NCBI GenBank assembly: GCA_020343655.1
Contig: CP070805.1
Coordinates: forward strand, 1,742,458-1,806,457
DNA from: Promethearchaeota archaeon
GTDB lineage: Archaea > Asgardarchaeota > Lokiarchaeia > Sigyniarchaeales > SOKP01
Direction: 5' to 3'
Length of the DNA stretch: 64,000 nucleotides
The translations under genes and the position numbers were made by a program. Below are positions 50,161-60,580 of this stretch, one piece after another. The stretch's first letter is position 1, and each line of letters opens with the position of its first letter. The notes below the pieces were generated by a model, which worked only from the letters and a program-made list of their open reading frames with translations, searched no databases and was not told where the DNA came from.

Positions 50161-50622
50161 ATGGTTATTCGAGAAGCAGGGCTGTTATTCAGAGGATTTA
50201 CTTTAGTAAAAAAGAGTTACCATAAAACTACAAAAGGAAAAATAGATACAGATCTAAGAAGTGGATTACTTACGGCTATTTTAAATTTTGCTCAATCTAC
50301 TTTTTCGAAAGATTTAATTGAATATTTTGAAGGAAAAAAATATCTTATTGCATTTATAGATGATAAAATTGAAGGTGAAGACAGTCTTGAACCTGAATTA
50401 ATAATTTCTTATGCTATTTTGGATAAGGAAAAAAAAATTGAAAAATATATTCACAAAATATTACGACCGCTATTAAAAGAAGTGTTAAAAGAATTTAAAA
50501 CATTAAATGAAGGGAAGAATTTGTCGGAAATTACTCAATTTAAAGGTTTTAAACAAAATCTTGACAACATTTTTGGAACTGATACTCAAACTATTGACCA
50601 AAAATTAAAAAAAATATTTTAA
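50161..50622 (+). CDS. hypothetical protein, longin/roadblock-like fold suspected
   Basis: 153 aa. Same architecture as 24664-25161 (helix SGLLTAILNFAQSTF after two N-terminal strands). Confidence 0.4.
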   Translation: MVIREAGLLFRGFTLVKKSYHKTTKGKIDTDLRSGLLTAILNFAQSTFSKDLIEYFEGKKYLIAFIDDKIEGEDSLEPELIISYAILDKEKKIEKYIHKILRPLLKEVLKEFKTLNEGKNLSEITQFKGFKQNLDNIFGTDTQTIDQKLKKIF

Positions 50623-50655
50623 AAAAATTCTTAAGCGTCTCTGGGATAAATTACT

Positions 50656-51612
50656 TCATTTTTGAGTTAAGTTTTGCATTTTTTTTAAATACCAAAATAT
50701 TAATGGCAAAGCGATAGTCGCATCAGATATAACTGTTGAATATTTTGCTCTTTCACTTATCTTTCCCCATGAAATTGCTTCCCTCAAAGTCGCACCACTC
50801 AATCCTCCTGATTCTGGCCGATCCATTGTAATTTGAATGGCATACATAGCAGAATTCGGGCAAAATTGTAATGCCTGCATTATAAAATTCTTTGGAACTC
50901 CTCCTCCTACAATGCAAATCCCGGCATTCTTTGCATCCCATGCTAGATTTACCAAATCTGACATATCTTTAAAATGATTTAAATTTAGTTTCTGGCGATG
51001 AAATCCTAATTGCATTGCCAAGCCAGAATCAGTAAAAGCAGGACAAAAAATCGGAACACTTTTCTCAGCACAAATTTTTAGGATAGAATAAATACCATTA
51101 GGAAGTTGATTTCCAAGAAATTTTAAGAAAGAACTAACAGACATTTGATAATCTTGAATTTCTAGTTTTGAGATAAAATCTTCAATTCTTTCATATACTT
51201 CATTTGGCATGTAAACATCATAGATTCTATTGATTTCTTCCCTATGTAAAGATTTATCATCAAATTCATCAAATTCAAGGTCTCCTTGTAAATGATGATA
51301 CCCCAAAGCCTCTGCAAGATCATGAGTTAAATTTGCTCCTGTAGTAACTAAAATGTCGATAAAACCTTCTTTTATAAAATCATATATGATTCTTTGCATT
51401 CCTGCTGGAACAATTGCTCCCGCTAATCCAAAAAACTTAACACAATCATCATCATTAATCATTTCACTGTATATTTCGCAAGCTAAAGCTAATCTTTTCG
51501 CATTAAATCCTGTATCTTTCAGAGAAGTTATCAGATCAATAATGTCTGTATTTTCAGTGATTCGGATTTGATTTACTTTTCTTAATAATTCTTTTAGACT
51601 TTTATCTGGCAA
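50656..51612 (-). CDS. dys: deoxyhypusine synthase
   Basis: 318 aa. TTGANLTHD and GGGVPKNF motifs and overall DHS family pattern. Confidence 0.88.
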   Translation of the reverse strand: MPDKSLKELLRKVNQIRITENTDIIDLITSLKDTGFNAKRLALACEIYSEMINDDDCVKFFGLAGAIVPAGMQRIIYDFIKEGFIDILVTTGANLTHDLAEALGYHHLQGDLEFDEFDDKSLHREEINRIYDVYMPNEVYERIEDFISKLEIQDYQMSVSSFLKFLGNQLPNGIYSILKICAEKSVPIFCPAFTDSGLAMQLGFHRQKLNLNHFKDMSDLVNLAWDAKNAGICIVGGGVPKNFIMQALQFCPNSAMYAIQITMDRPESGGLSGATLREAISWGKISERAKYSTVISDATIALPLIFWYLKKMQNLTQK

Positions 51613-51617
51613 CTAAA

Positions 51618-52523
51618 TCACAATTTATTTTTGTTGGCAATGAATGAAATAAATTCTATAATTAGTTTTGCTGCTAAATTACATGTCATCTTATTTTTTA
51701 AATCTAAATTTGGAGCAACTTCAACAAGATCAAATCCTGTAATCTCAAAATTTTCTGCAATATCTTTTAAAATTTTCCATACTTCTCGATAAGTGAAACC
51801 ACCAGGAATTGCAAAACCGGTACCAGGAGCAATAGATGGGTCTAATGCATCAATATCTATAGAAACATACAAGTTATGGATGTTAGAGTTTTTAAAAAAG
51901 CTTATTATTTTTTCTATATAGCTATTTAACCCTTCAGTCAACTGATACGCGCTTAGATATTTTATATTTTCTGACTCTGCTATTTCTAACTCTGGAATAT
52001 CAATATCTCTTGCTCCTACTATCAAGAGATTGTTATTATTTATGTATGCAAAATCAAATATCCTGTGTGAAATTGTCGCATGTGAATACACACCTTTATC
52101 CCATTTTTGGTAAAAATCTAAATGTGAGTCAAGTATAAGGACACCAAATTCCTTTTTATTTATAACATGATCTCCAACAGATTTTATTACAGGGTAAGAG
52201 CAGAAATGATCTCCTCCTATCATTACAGGAATTATATATTCATTTTCTTCATATAAATCTCTAATGAAATTCTCGATTGTATTGAGATTTTTTTCTACAT
52301 TAACTTTTTGAATCGATATATCTCCAACATCAACGACTTTAAATTTGGTTATATGATCTCCCATTTCTGTTGTCCAGCCAATATCATTTGTCACATTCCT
52401 AATACTTTCAGGAGCGATTGAGGAATTGGGTAAATCAATTGAAGTTAAATAATCCCAAGGTATTCCGAAAATCACGAATTGAGTATCATCTTTAATTTTT
52501 TCATTAAAATCAAAAAACTTCAT
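51618..52523 (-). CDS. speB: agmatinase (arginase/ureohydrolase family)
   Basis: Metal ligand motifs GGDHF, DSHLD, SIDIDALDP. Confidence 0.85.
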   Translation of the reverse strand: MKFFDFNEKIKDDTQFVIFGIPWDYLTSIDLPNSSIAPESIRNVTNDIGWTTEMGDHITKFKVVDVGDISIQKVNVEKNLNTIENFIRDLYEENEYIIPVMIGGDHFCSYPVIKSVGDHVINKKEFGVLILDSHLDFYQKWDKGVYSHATISHRIFDFAYINNNNLLIVGARDIDIPELEIAESENIKYLSAYQLTEGLNSYIEKIISFFKNSNIHNLYVSIDIDALDPSIAPGTGFAIPGGFTYREVWKILKDIAENFEITGFDLVEVAPNLDLKNKMTCNLAAKLIIEFISFIANKNKL

Positions 52524-52552
52524 TTCACTTTATCTCTTTTTAAGTTTTTTTC

Positions 52553-54268
52553 TCACATTTTATCAAGTGTTTCAATTCCTAAGATATTTAATCCAATTTT
52601 GATAACAATCTGTACGCATTTTATAAGAAGTAATCTCGCTTTTTCTAGTTCTCTATTATCAGATATTACTTGACAAGATGAGTAAAAAGAATTAAATACT
52701 TGACACAAGGTTAATAAATATTGAGCAATTAAATGAATATTGTATGTTTTTTCGGCTGAGTCTATGAATTCAGGGAAATATGCCAATTGTTTCATTAAAA
52801 ATAATTCATGTTCATGGTTTAATAAATCCCAATTAATATCATTACTAATTTCTATTCCCGATTTTAAAATTATTGATGCAATCCTTGCATAGCAATACTG
52901 GATATAAGGTCCAGTTTCTCCTTCAAATGAAATACTTTCATCTGGTTTAAAAACAAATCCTTTAGTAGCGCTGTACTTTAATATGTAGAATTTAACTGCT
53001 GCTAGTCCAATGATTTTTGCCCTTCTTAACTTTTCAGATTCAGAAATATTAGGATATCTTTTATTAACCTCAATTAAGGCAAGATTTTCTACTTCTTCGA
53101 TAACATCATCTCCATCAACAACCGTTCCCTCTCGACTTTTCATTTTTCCACTGGGTAAACTAATCATGCCATAAGAAAGATGATAGTTATCTTCTTTAAA
53201 TCCTAACAGATCTAATATTGCGAATAACCATTTAAAATGTTGATTTTGTTCATCTGCAACAACATAAATAGATCTGTCATAATTATAATCTTCCTTCTTT
53301 TTATAAGCAAGATATATATCCTGAGTAATATAAATAGATGTACCATCACTACGGATGAGGAATTTATCAGGTAGATTATACCTTTCCTTTAATCTTACAA
53401 AAATAGCTCCATCTTCAGCCTTTTCAAATTTATTATTTCTCAAACCTTCAAGAATAATCTCTTTTCCTTTTAGATATAAGTCAGATTCGAAATACTCCTT
53501 ATCAAATGAAATATCAAGTTTTTTGAAAGTATCCTTAAAACCTTCTATAGCCCAGTTATTCATTTTTTTCCACAAATTCAATGTCTCCTCATCACCACTT
53601 TCCCATGATCTTAATATTTTGTAGGCTTCTTCCTCAAGATGTTCATCTTTTTTTGCCATTTCACTATATTTTACGTAAAAGTCTCCCACAAAATGATCGC
53701 TTTTCTTATCTGGTTCCTTATTATTCCCCCATTTTTTATATGCGAGCATACTTTTACAAATATGAATACCACGATTATTATATAGATTTACCTGAAAAAC
53801 ATCATGTCCCTTATATTCGAGCAAATTAGAGAGTGATTTACCAAGTAAAATATTTCTAATATGACCAAAATGAAGAGGCTTATTAGTATTTGGAGAAGGG
53901 TATTCAATTACAATTCTTAGCTTCCCTTTTTTCCTTTTCTCGATAACATCTCGAATCCTTCCATAATCATCTTTATATTCAAATATACAATCAAGGATAT
54001 ACTTCGGGTTAATTTTTAAATTTAAATAAGGACCAATAGCTTCAACATCAACTAAAAATTTAGTATGTTTAACTTCATTTTCTAATTCTTTTGCTATTAT
54101 ATCAGGTGATTTTTTTTTAAGTTTTGCTATCTTAAAACAAGGAAAAGCATATGTGAAATCAATCTCTGAAGGAGGTATTTCTAATAGAGCTTCAATTTCT
54201 TCTGTTCTAAGATCTGAAAGATGTTCAACTAAAATCTCAGCTATGGTTTTCTTGTCGATGAATTTCAT
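52553..54268 (-). CDS. argS: arginine--tRNA ligase
   Basis: HIGH-region SPNTNKPLHFGHIRN; C-terminal anticodon-binding DALR-like domain; 571 aa. Confidence 0.92.
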   Translation of the reverse strand: MKFIDKKTIAEILVEHLSDLRTEEIEALLEIPPSEIDFTYAFPCFKIAKLKKKSPDIIAKELENEVKHTKFLVDVEAIGPYLNLKINPKYILDCIFEYKDDYGRIRDVIEKRKKGKLRIVIEYPSPNTNKPLHFGHIRNILLGKSLSNLLEYKGHDVFQVNLYNNRGIHICKSMLAYKKWGNNKEPDKKSDHFVGDFYVKYSEMAKKDEHLEEEAYKILRSWESGDEETLNLWKKMNNWAIEGFKDTFKKLDISFDKEYFESDLYLKGKEIILEGLRNNKFEKAEDGAIFVRLKERYNLPDKFLIRSDGTSIYITQDIYLAYKKKEDYNYDRSIYVVADEQNQHFKWLFAILDLLGFKEDNYHLSYGMISLPSGKMKSREGTVVDGDDVIEEVENLALIEVNKRYPNISESEKLRRAKIIGLAAVKFYILKYSATKGFVFKPDESISFEGETGPYIQYCYARIASIILKSGIEISNDINWDLLNHEHELFLMKQLAYFPEFIDSAEKTYNIHLIAQYLLTLCQVFNSFYSSCQVISDNRELEKARLLLIKCVQIVIKIGLNILGIETLDKM

Positions 54269-54509
54269 TTTCTAAAATAGAATATAATCCCAATAATTTA
54301 ATTAATTATCAGTTTGTAATATATTTCTGTTTTGTTAAATTTATCTAAAATAGCTCATAAAATTTATGATATTCAAGTTAAATGGATTTAATGGTTAAAA
54401 TAAGATTAAATATTATTAATTTCATATTAAAAACTAAAAAAGTCAAAATTTTTTAAGAAAATATCAAATTTAATTTCTTATAACCTAAAAGTTAAATATT
54501 GGTTAAACA

Positions 54510-54857
54510 ATGACAGAAAAAAAAGACCATTTTATGTTGAAATGGAATGATGATACTGGTCAATTTGTACCAATCGAATCTAACGCAGATATGAACGAAG
54601 GAATTTTTATAGAACTGGTTGAAGAAGAAGAAAAATGGAGATATTTTTACATTAAGGGGGCATCTCTAATTGCTAGACGCACAGCATTAAGAGCAGCTAA
54701 TGGGATTTCAAAAACAGGATATGTTCACCCTAAAACAAACCTACGTTATGGAGTTGATTGTAAACTCAAAGAAGAAATATCTCCATATGAAGATATGCCA
54801 AAGGATCTTAGAAAAACCCAAAGATCATGGTATAAAGGTGAATATAAACAATATTAA
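54510..54857 (+). CDS. hypothetical protein
   Basis: 115-aa ORF with no recognised domain. Confidence 0.4.
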   Translation: MTEKKDHFMLKWNDDTGQFVPIESNADMNEGIFIELVEEEEKWRYFYIKGASLIARRTALRAANGISKTGYVHPKTNLRYGVDCKLKEEISPYEDMPKDLRKTQRSWYKGEYKQY

Positions 54858-54900
54858 GTTATTGCTTTTTTATTTTCTTTCCTTTATTTCTTTAAATTAA

Positions 54901-55995
54901 TTAATCTTTACTCCAAAATTCATCAGGAGTTAAGAATTTTGAGATTTTTGAAAAAGGACATACCGCAATACAGTTTCCACAATCACTGGAATTTTCAACC
55001 CAGAATTCAAAACACTTTTCTACGTCAACATAATATTTCTTCACTCCTGGATTGTTAGAAATCGAAAAGGGTTTAAAAGTAGGGTTTGATTCTCTTGTAA
55101 TGGCATCGTTTTCACAAGCTTCAGCACATTTGGAACAATTCTTACAGAAGTTTTTAACTTTCTCAATGAATCCTTGGTTTGGTTCATCAGAAATTATTGG
55201 TAAATCTGTAAAAACCTTGCATATTCGCACACGTGGACCAAATTCAGGAGTAAGTAGTAATCCATTCCTACCTAAAGCGCCGAGTCCCGCATCAATTGCT
55301 AACGGTATACTAAGAGCGGTATCATTACCACATTGAATAGCCCTATATCCTAAATTTCTTATAAACTCTCCTAAACATGAGATAATAAACGCCATTTTTG
55401 AATATGCAATTGCTGTGGCTGCAGCTGCTGGTTGAGTTGGTGCAGTCGAAATTGCTTCTTCATCCATTTCAACGCCCATCACTATCACTTTATTTATTCC
55501 ATCTGGTAATTCTATAGGTTGATCATATATTGAATCGGGGGCTATTCCACCACGAACTTCCTTTTTAGCCTTGGCTTCACTAACATCGTTGGGTCTCATA
55601 AATCCTGTTTTATAGATCCATTTATCATTAACATCTGCGATACCCACTAAAGATGCCCCATATAATTTTGCCACCTTTTTTATTTTCTTCGTAAAATTTT
55701 CAATATCTTCTATTTTGTATTTAGATTTCATCCAATTTACACCGTAACCAATATCCATCAAGCTTTTCCTTTCCCATTTGAAAGCATAAGGAAATCTTTC
55801 ATAAACAGTCCAACCTGCCGCCACTAAAGCAAAATCTATCCTTGAATAACCATCTTTTTTTGATTCGATATGCCCCTCAAGATTCGTATCAAGCATTTGT
55901 TGGTAAGTTGGTAAAGTATTATCCCACAATCTTCTAAACAACATATTATTTTTCTGCTTAAAACGCTTGTAAACTGTATTATCTATTTCATACAT
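54901..55995 (-). CDS. reductive dehalogenase / epoxyqueuosine reductase-like Fe-S protein
   Basis: Two C-terminal ferredoxin-type motifs, CKNCSKCAEAC and CGNCIAVCP. 364 aa with no signal or TAT motif. Confidence 0.55.
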   Translation of the reverse strand: MYEIDNTVYKRFKQKNNMLFRRLWDNTLPTYQQMLDTNLEGHIESKKDGYSRIDFALVAAGWTVYERFPYAFKWERKSLMDIGYGVNWMKSKYKIEDIENFTKKIKKVAKLYGASLVGIADVNDKWIYKTGFMRPNDVSEAKAKKEVRGGIAPDSIYDQPIELPDGINKVIVMGVEMDEEAISTAPTQPAAAATAIAYSKMAFIISCLGEFIRNLGYRAIQCGNDTALSIPLAIDAGLGALGRNGLLLTPEFGPRVRICKVFTDLPIISDEPNQGFIEKVKNFCKNCSKCAEACENDAITRESNPTFKPFSISNNPGVKKYYVDVEKCFEFWVENSSDCGNCIAVCPFSKISKFLTPDEFWSKD

Positions 55996-56108
55996 AATTC
56001 AAAATTTAATCCACTAAATAATGTTACATTATTATTTTATGGCAAATAATAAAAGTTTTTGACAAAAGAAATATAACAATTTATATAATATATTCAAATT
56101 CCTAAAAT

Positions 56109-56498
56109 GTGCATAAAAACGTGAAAGAGAGAAGGTTTATCAATCAGATAGGTATAGGATCTGACCAACATGGGCATAATGATGATTGCACTAATGCTGC
56201 TATTAAAGCAGTTAAAAATGCCATATCAAATAACTGTTTATGTGGTCTTTCAGAGATTTGTGAATTAAGAGAACCCAAGGATCTAGCAAAAATGAAAGTT
56301 CATGTGAAAATTGGTGCGCCATATCCTGAAAATATTGATGAGAAGAAAGTATTAAAGGCAATACCTTTTGGTGAAAAAACTATTGAAGTAGTAAAAGGAG
56401 GATTAATTGCTCAGGGGATTATGATTAAGGAATTGGGAGATACATCGGATAAAATTATCGTATGTAATGCTGCTGTAACGGTATTTGTTTCAAATTAG
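56109..56498 (+). CDS. Lin0512-family-like small conserved protein
   Basis: IGIGSDQHGHNDDCTNAAIKAVKNAISNN resembles the Lin0512_fam N-terminal pattern. GTG start is from the ORF track. Confidence 0.4.
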   Translation: MHKNVKERRFINQIGIGSDQHGHNDDCTNAAIKAVKNAISNNCLCGLSEICELREPKDLAKMKVHVKIGAPYPENIDEKKVLKAIPFGEKTIEVVKGGLIAQGIMIKELGDTSDKIIVCNAAVTVFVSN

Positions 56499-56776
56499 AT
56501 TGGCATTTTTAGAATCTTTAAAAAAAAATATATAAAAGAAGCACACAAGTACGTTGACAAATCTATAAATAATTATGACATAAAATTTTAAACTGATATT
56601 ACAATTTTTTTAATATACAACTTCAAAATATTTTATATAGAAAGAAAAAGATATTAATTATTAAAATTTTAATAGTAATCAAATCAAAAAAACATTAAAT
56701 CTCTCTAAATGAAACTAAAATACGTAGAAACAATCAAAATCGAAAATACTTAAAAAGAGGGAGGTAACCAAGCAAA

Positions 56777-57307
56777 TTGTATGATGCAACATATAAAATT
56801 GTGATTTTCGGAGATGCTGGTTGTGGCAAAACAACTTTAACTCAGAGATTTTTAACTAATTTATTTAAGTCAGATTCTAAAATGACTATTGGTGTTGATT
56901 TCGAAGTAAAAAGTCTGGAAATCAATGGAAAAAAAATAAAACTTCAAATTTGGGATTTTGGTGGGGAAGAACGATTTAGATTTTTATTACCAACATATGT
57001 TAGAGGAGCTAATGGAGCCCTTTTTATGTATGATGTTACGAATTATAGTTCACTTGCTCATATAGATGATTGGCTTATGGTGATTAGAAAAGAACTTAGA
57101 GCTGAAGATCAATTTCCTATTATTGTTGTCGGAGGAAAGGCAGATCTTGTAAACGATCGTGAAGTTACAGGAGATGAAGGTATTAATATTGCAAAGTCAA
57201 GAGCAGTAAATGGTTTTATTGAATGTAGTTCGAAAACTGGTGAGAATGTTGAAGAGACTTTTGAAGCTTTATCACGGTTAATGATGCAAAAGTCTAATTT
57301 ACTTTGA
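56777..57307 (+). CDS. Ras/Rab-like small GTPase
   Basis: G1 GDAGCGKTT, G3 WDFGGEERF, G4 variant GGKADL, G5 CSSKTGENVEETF; TTG start. Confidence 0.85.
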   Translation: MYDATYKIVIFGDAGCGKTTLTQRFLTNLFKSDSKMTIGVDFEVKSLEINGKKIKLQIWDFGGEERFRFLLPTYVRGANGALFMYDVTNYSSLAHIDDWLMVIRKELRAEDQFPIIVVGGKADLVNDREVTGDEGINIAKSRAVNGFIECSSKTGENVEETFEALSRLMMQKSNLL

Positions 57308-57384
57308 TAAAATAAAACCTTTTCACTCACTAATTTAATATTTAACTTATTTTTGAAAAATAATATTTTTAATATAACTCTAAA

Positions 57385-58323
57385 TTACAATTCTATGTTT
57401 TGTTCTTCTTGTGCTAATTTTTGCTTCAATCTTAAATCTTTTCTTCTTAGTGATACCATAATTTGAAAATCTAGGTCTTTTTTATACCCAACAGAACACC
57501 TTAATATTTCCTTGACAATTTTTTTTTCACTATCACTACTTTTAATGTTGAATCCATTAAACATTGGTATTTCTGAGAAATTCTCAATCACATTTTCCAA
57601 TAGTTCTTCTGGTAATACATCCGATCTGTCTTTAATTGCTACACTAATTATCTCTTCTAATTTGTTATAGATTTCTCTCTTACTAAACTGACAAAGTATA
57701 CATTTTGAGCTACGATTTTTAAATATATTTAAAATTATTAATCCTGTTATAAATTTAAAATTTCGAATATAAACATCATTTTCCACACTACTATAATCGT
57801 TAATAAATTGTTGTACATATTTCTCAGCATTAATGTATAAATTAGAAAAATAATTTGCTCTATCAAAATAAGCAGGAACTATACAAAAGATTCTGGTAAA
57901 CCAAAATGGTTCGATTCCTATTGGTGGATCTTCATAAAAAATATAATAGACTATTCTCCCATCTCTTTCTTTGTATAACGTAGATTCCTTTTTTAGCATA
58001 TTTAAATAAGTTGAAATTGTAGAACGAGCAATTTCCTTAAAATACCGTTTATATTCTCGCTCAACTTCCCCAGTTTTGATTTTTTTCTTTCCTTCTAAAT
58101 AAAATTTCAAAATAATACCTAGAATACGATTTTCATGAAGGCGTCCTGTTTTTATCTGTTGTTCTTCTGATTCATCTTCTCTGATTTGATATAAATATGC
58201 TATTTCTGGAGCAAATTCTTGAATTACCTTATCTATTAATTTAAGTTTGGAATCTTTTATTTCTGCCCCTTCTAATTTCGCACTTTCTATTAATAGTTTT
58301 TCTAATTCTGAATTTTCAGACAA
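57385..58323 (-). CDS. hypothetical protein with probable winged-helix segment
   Basis: 312 aa. EIARSTISTYLNMLKKESTLYKERDGRIVYYIF looks like a wHTH recognition helix plus wing. Confidence 0.4.
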   Translation of the reverse strand: MSENSELEKLLIESAKLEGAEIKDSKLKLIDKVIQEFAPEIAYLYQIREDESEEQQIKTGRLHENRILGIILKFYLEGKKKIKTGEVEREYKRYFKEIARSTISTYLNMLKKESTLYKERDGRIVYYIFYEDPPIGIEPFWFTRIFCIVPAYFDRANYFSNLYINAEKYVQQFINDYSSVENDVYIRNFKFITGLIILNIFKNRSSKCILCQFSKREIYNKLEEIISVAIKDRSDVLPEELLENVIENFSEIPMFNGFNIKSSDSEKKIVKEILRCSVGYKKDLDFQIMVSLRRKDLRLKQKLAQEEQNIEL

Positions 58324-58603
58324 ATTTAAATAACTCTTCGAGTGGTTAATAATTTAAATCTAGTATTGCATTATTAAAAAAAATTTAACTTTTTAATAAT
58401 TTATATTCTATTCTACTAGAATTTTTAGATATATTTATCTTTCTATGTATTTGATATATATTTTATAATATTTGAAAAGATTTGTTTTAATATTCTTAAA
58501 TTATACTGGTTATAATTATGTAAATCTGCTAAAGTAAAAAACCTATTTATAATTTGAGATTATATAATAGTTATGGAAAAATTTTATTGATTTTAGCTAA
58601 AAA

Positions 58604-60394
58604 TTATTTACCTTTTCTGTATTTTTCTTTCCAAATTGGATCTGCTTCTTGTAATGCTCTTCTCTGGACTTTTCCAATTAAGTTTTTAGGGAGTTCACCA
58701 ATTATAGCAACACTATGAGGTACTTTATAGTGAGTCATATTATTTTTGGCCCATTCCTTTATTGCTTGAGGTGAACAATCACAATCTTCTTCAATCGCTA
58801 CCCAAGCTTTTATTATTTCTCCACATTCCTCATCAGGAAGACCTGCCACGGCAACCTCTATAATGTCTGGATGTTTCATTAATAGTTCTTCTATTTCCTT
58901 AGGGAAAACAGAATAACCCCTGCATTTTATGAGCTGTTTTTTCCTATCTCTTATTTCAATCGTCCCATCTTCATTCATAAATCCAATATCCCCAGTTAAA
59001 AGCCACATTTTTCCCTCATACTCAAACATAGTTTCTGCTGTTTCATCAGGCTCATTGAGATACTCTAGCATTATTTGTGGACCAGTAATACATATTTCAC
59101 CAGTATGTTCAACCCCAAAATTTGTATCTTCAGGATTTCCCAAACATATAGGGTCATCATTAAAATCATCAATGGGCCAAATACCCCATTCTGTTCCGGT
59201 AAACGGCATTCCAATACTTCCAATTGGGCTCTCACCGAATAAATTTCCAGCACTCGCAGCGGGACTAGCTTCAGATAAACCATATCCTTCTACAATTCTA
59301 CCTCCTGTGTTATTAACAAAAGCATCTCGAACGGGTTTATGTAACGGACCTGCGCTTGAAATACATAAGACTAATTTACCCATTACTCCTGGAAATCTTC
59401 TTTTAATATTTTTGAGTTCTGATAGTCTTTTAAACAATATTTCAGTTCCAGCATAAATTAATCCTTCTTTACATGGTAATCTCTCGATCTGTTCACATAA
59501 TTCAGCTTGTGAAGGAGGAGTTGGAAAGAGCATCATCCAACCTCCAACAGCTAAAGTAGTATTCATTATTACAGTATGGGCAAAACTATGAAAAAGAGGT
59601 AGTATACCAATATTACCAATTCCGGGTTTTTCGCCACCAAGCCATAATTTGCATTGCTTTGTGTTTGAAACAACATTAAAATGAGTTAATACCGCTGCTT
59701 TTGGCAAACCTGTTGTTCCACCAGTCATGATATAAGTTGCAGGATGAATTTTCACGTCAATCTTCACATCTGGAATGTTTACTTCAGTTTTCAGAAGATC
59801 TTTAAATTTAAGTGCTCCGGGAAAATCTACTTTACCAGTTGGTATTTTTTTTACAAATTTTCCAATTACTTTTCTTACACCTTTAATTTCTGCTAAATCC
59901 GTAAGATTAGTATAAACAATAATTTCTATTGTTGAATCTTGAATTATTGGCTTTATAAATGGTACATAAAGGGCATCTAAAACAATAAGCATTTTAGGTT
60001 TAATTATATGTAGTTGATGAAGTACTTCCACAGCTTGGTATGTAGGATTTATTCCACTAGCAATTGCTCCAATCCTAGTAATGGCATAATACGCAACAAC
60101 ATATTGGGGACAATTAGGCATATGTATCCCAACAACATCACCTTTTTCAATCCCTAGATTAGATAACGCTGTAGCAAAGGATTTTACATATCCTTGAAAT
60201 TGCCTATAAGTAATCCAAGCATCTAAAAACCAGATGAAATTTTCTTCGCTGTATTTTTCAACTTGTTCATCTAGTAATTCATTTGTCGTTTTCTCTTCAA
60301 AGCTGGTATTAAAAGGTACACCTTTTGGCCACCATTTCTTAAACCACCGTTTGTTTTCATCAACATAAAAAGGTCTCTGCATTTTTAATGTCAT
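58604..60394 (-). CDS. AMP-dependent acyl-CoA synthetase/ligase
   Basis: AMP-binding motif YIMTGGTTGLPKAAVLTH and GYGLSEA; 596 aa. Confidence 0.88.
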   Translation of the reverse strand: MTLKMQRPFYVDENKRWFKKWWPKGVPFNTSFEEKTTNELLDEQVEKYSEENFIWFLDAWITYRQFQGYVKSFATALSNLGIEKGDVVGIHMPNCPQYVVAYYAITRIGAIASGINPTYQAVEVLHQLHIIKPKMLIVLDALYVPFIKPIIQDSTIEIIVYTNLTDLAEIKGVRKVIGKFVKKIPTGKVDFPGALKFKDLLKTEVNIPDVKIDVKIHPATYIMTGGTTGLPKAAVLTHFNVVSNTKQCKLWLGGEKPGIGNIGILPLFHSFAHTVIMNTTLAVGGWMMLFPTPPSQAELCEQIERLPCKEGLIYAGTEILFKRLSELKNIKRRFPGVMGKLVLCISSAGPLHKPVRDAFVNNTGGRIVEGYGLSEASPAASAGNLFGESPIGSIGMPFTGTEWGIWPIDDFNDDPICLGNPEDTNFGVEHTGEICITGPQIMLEYLNEPDETAETMFEYEGKMWLLTGDIGFMNEDGTIEIRDRKKQLIKCRGYSVFPKEIEELLMKHPDIIEVAVAGLPDEECGEIIKAWVAIEEDCDCSPQAIKEWAKNNMTHYKVPHSVAIIGELPKNLIGKVQRRALQEADPIWKEKYRKGK

Positions 60395-60580
60395 AAATTA
60401 TCACAGAATTTAAAATTAATTATAGTTCTTATGTCACTTAGATTTTACAAAATTTAAAACTTTATAAGAATTATAATTTTGAAAAAAGTACTAATTTCAT
60501 GCAAAAAACGTCGTAATCTGTATAAAAATTAACAAAATATATAAAAAAATGAAAAAAAAAAGAAAAATTAAAATTTGATT

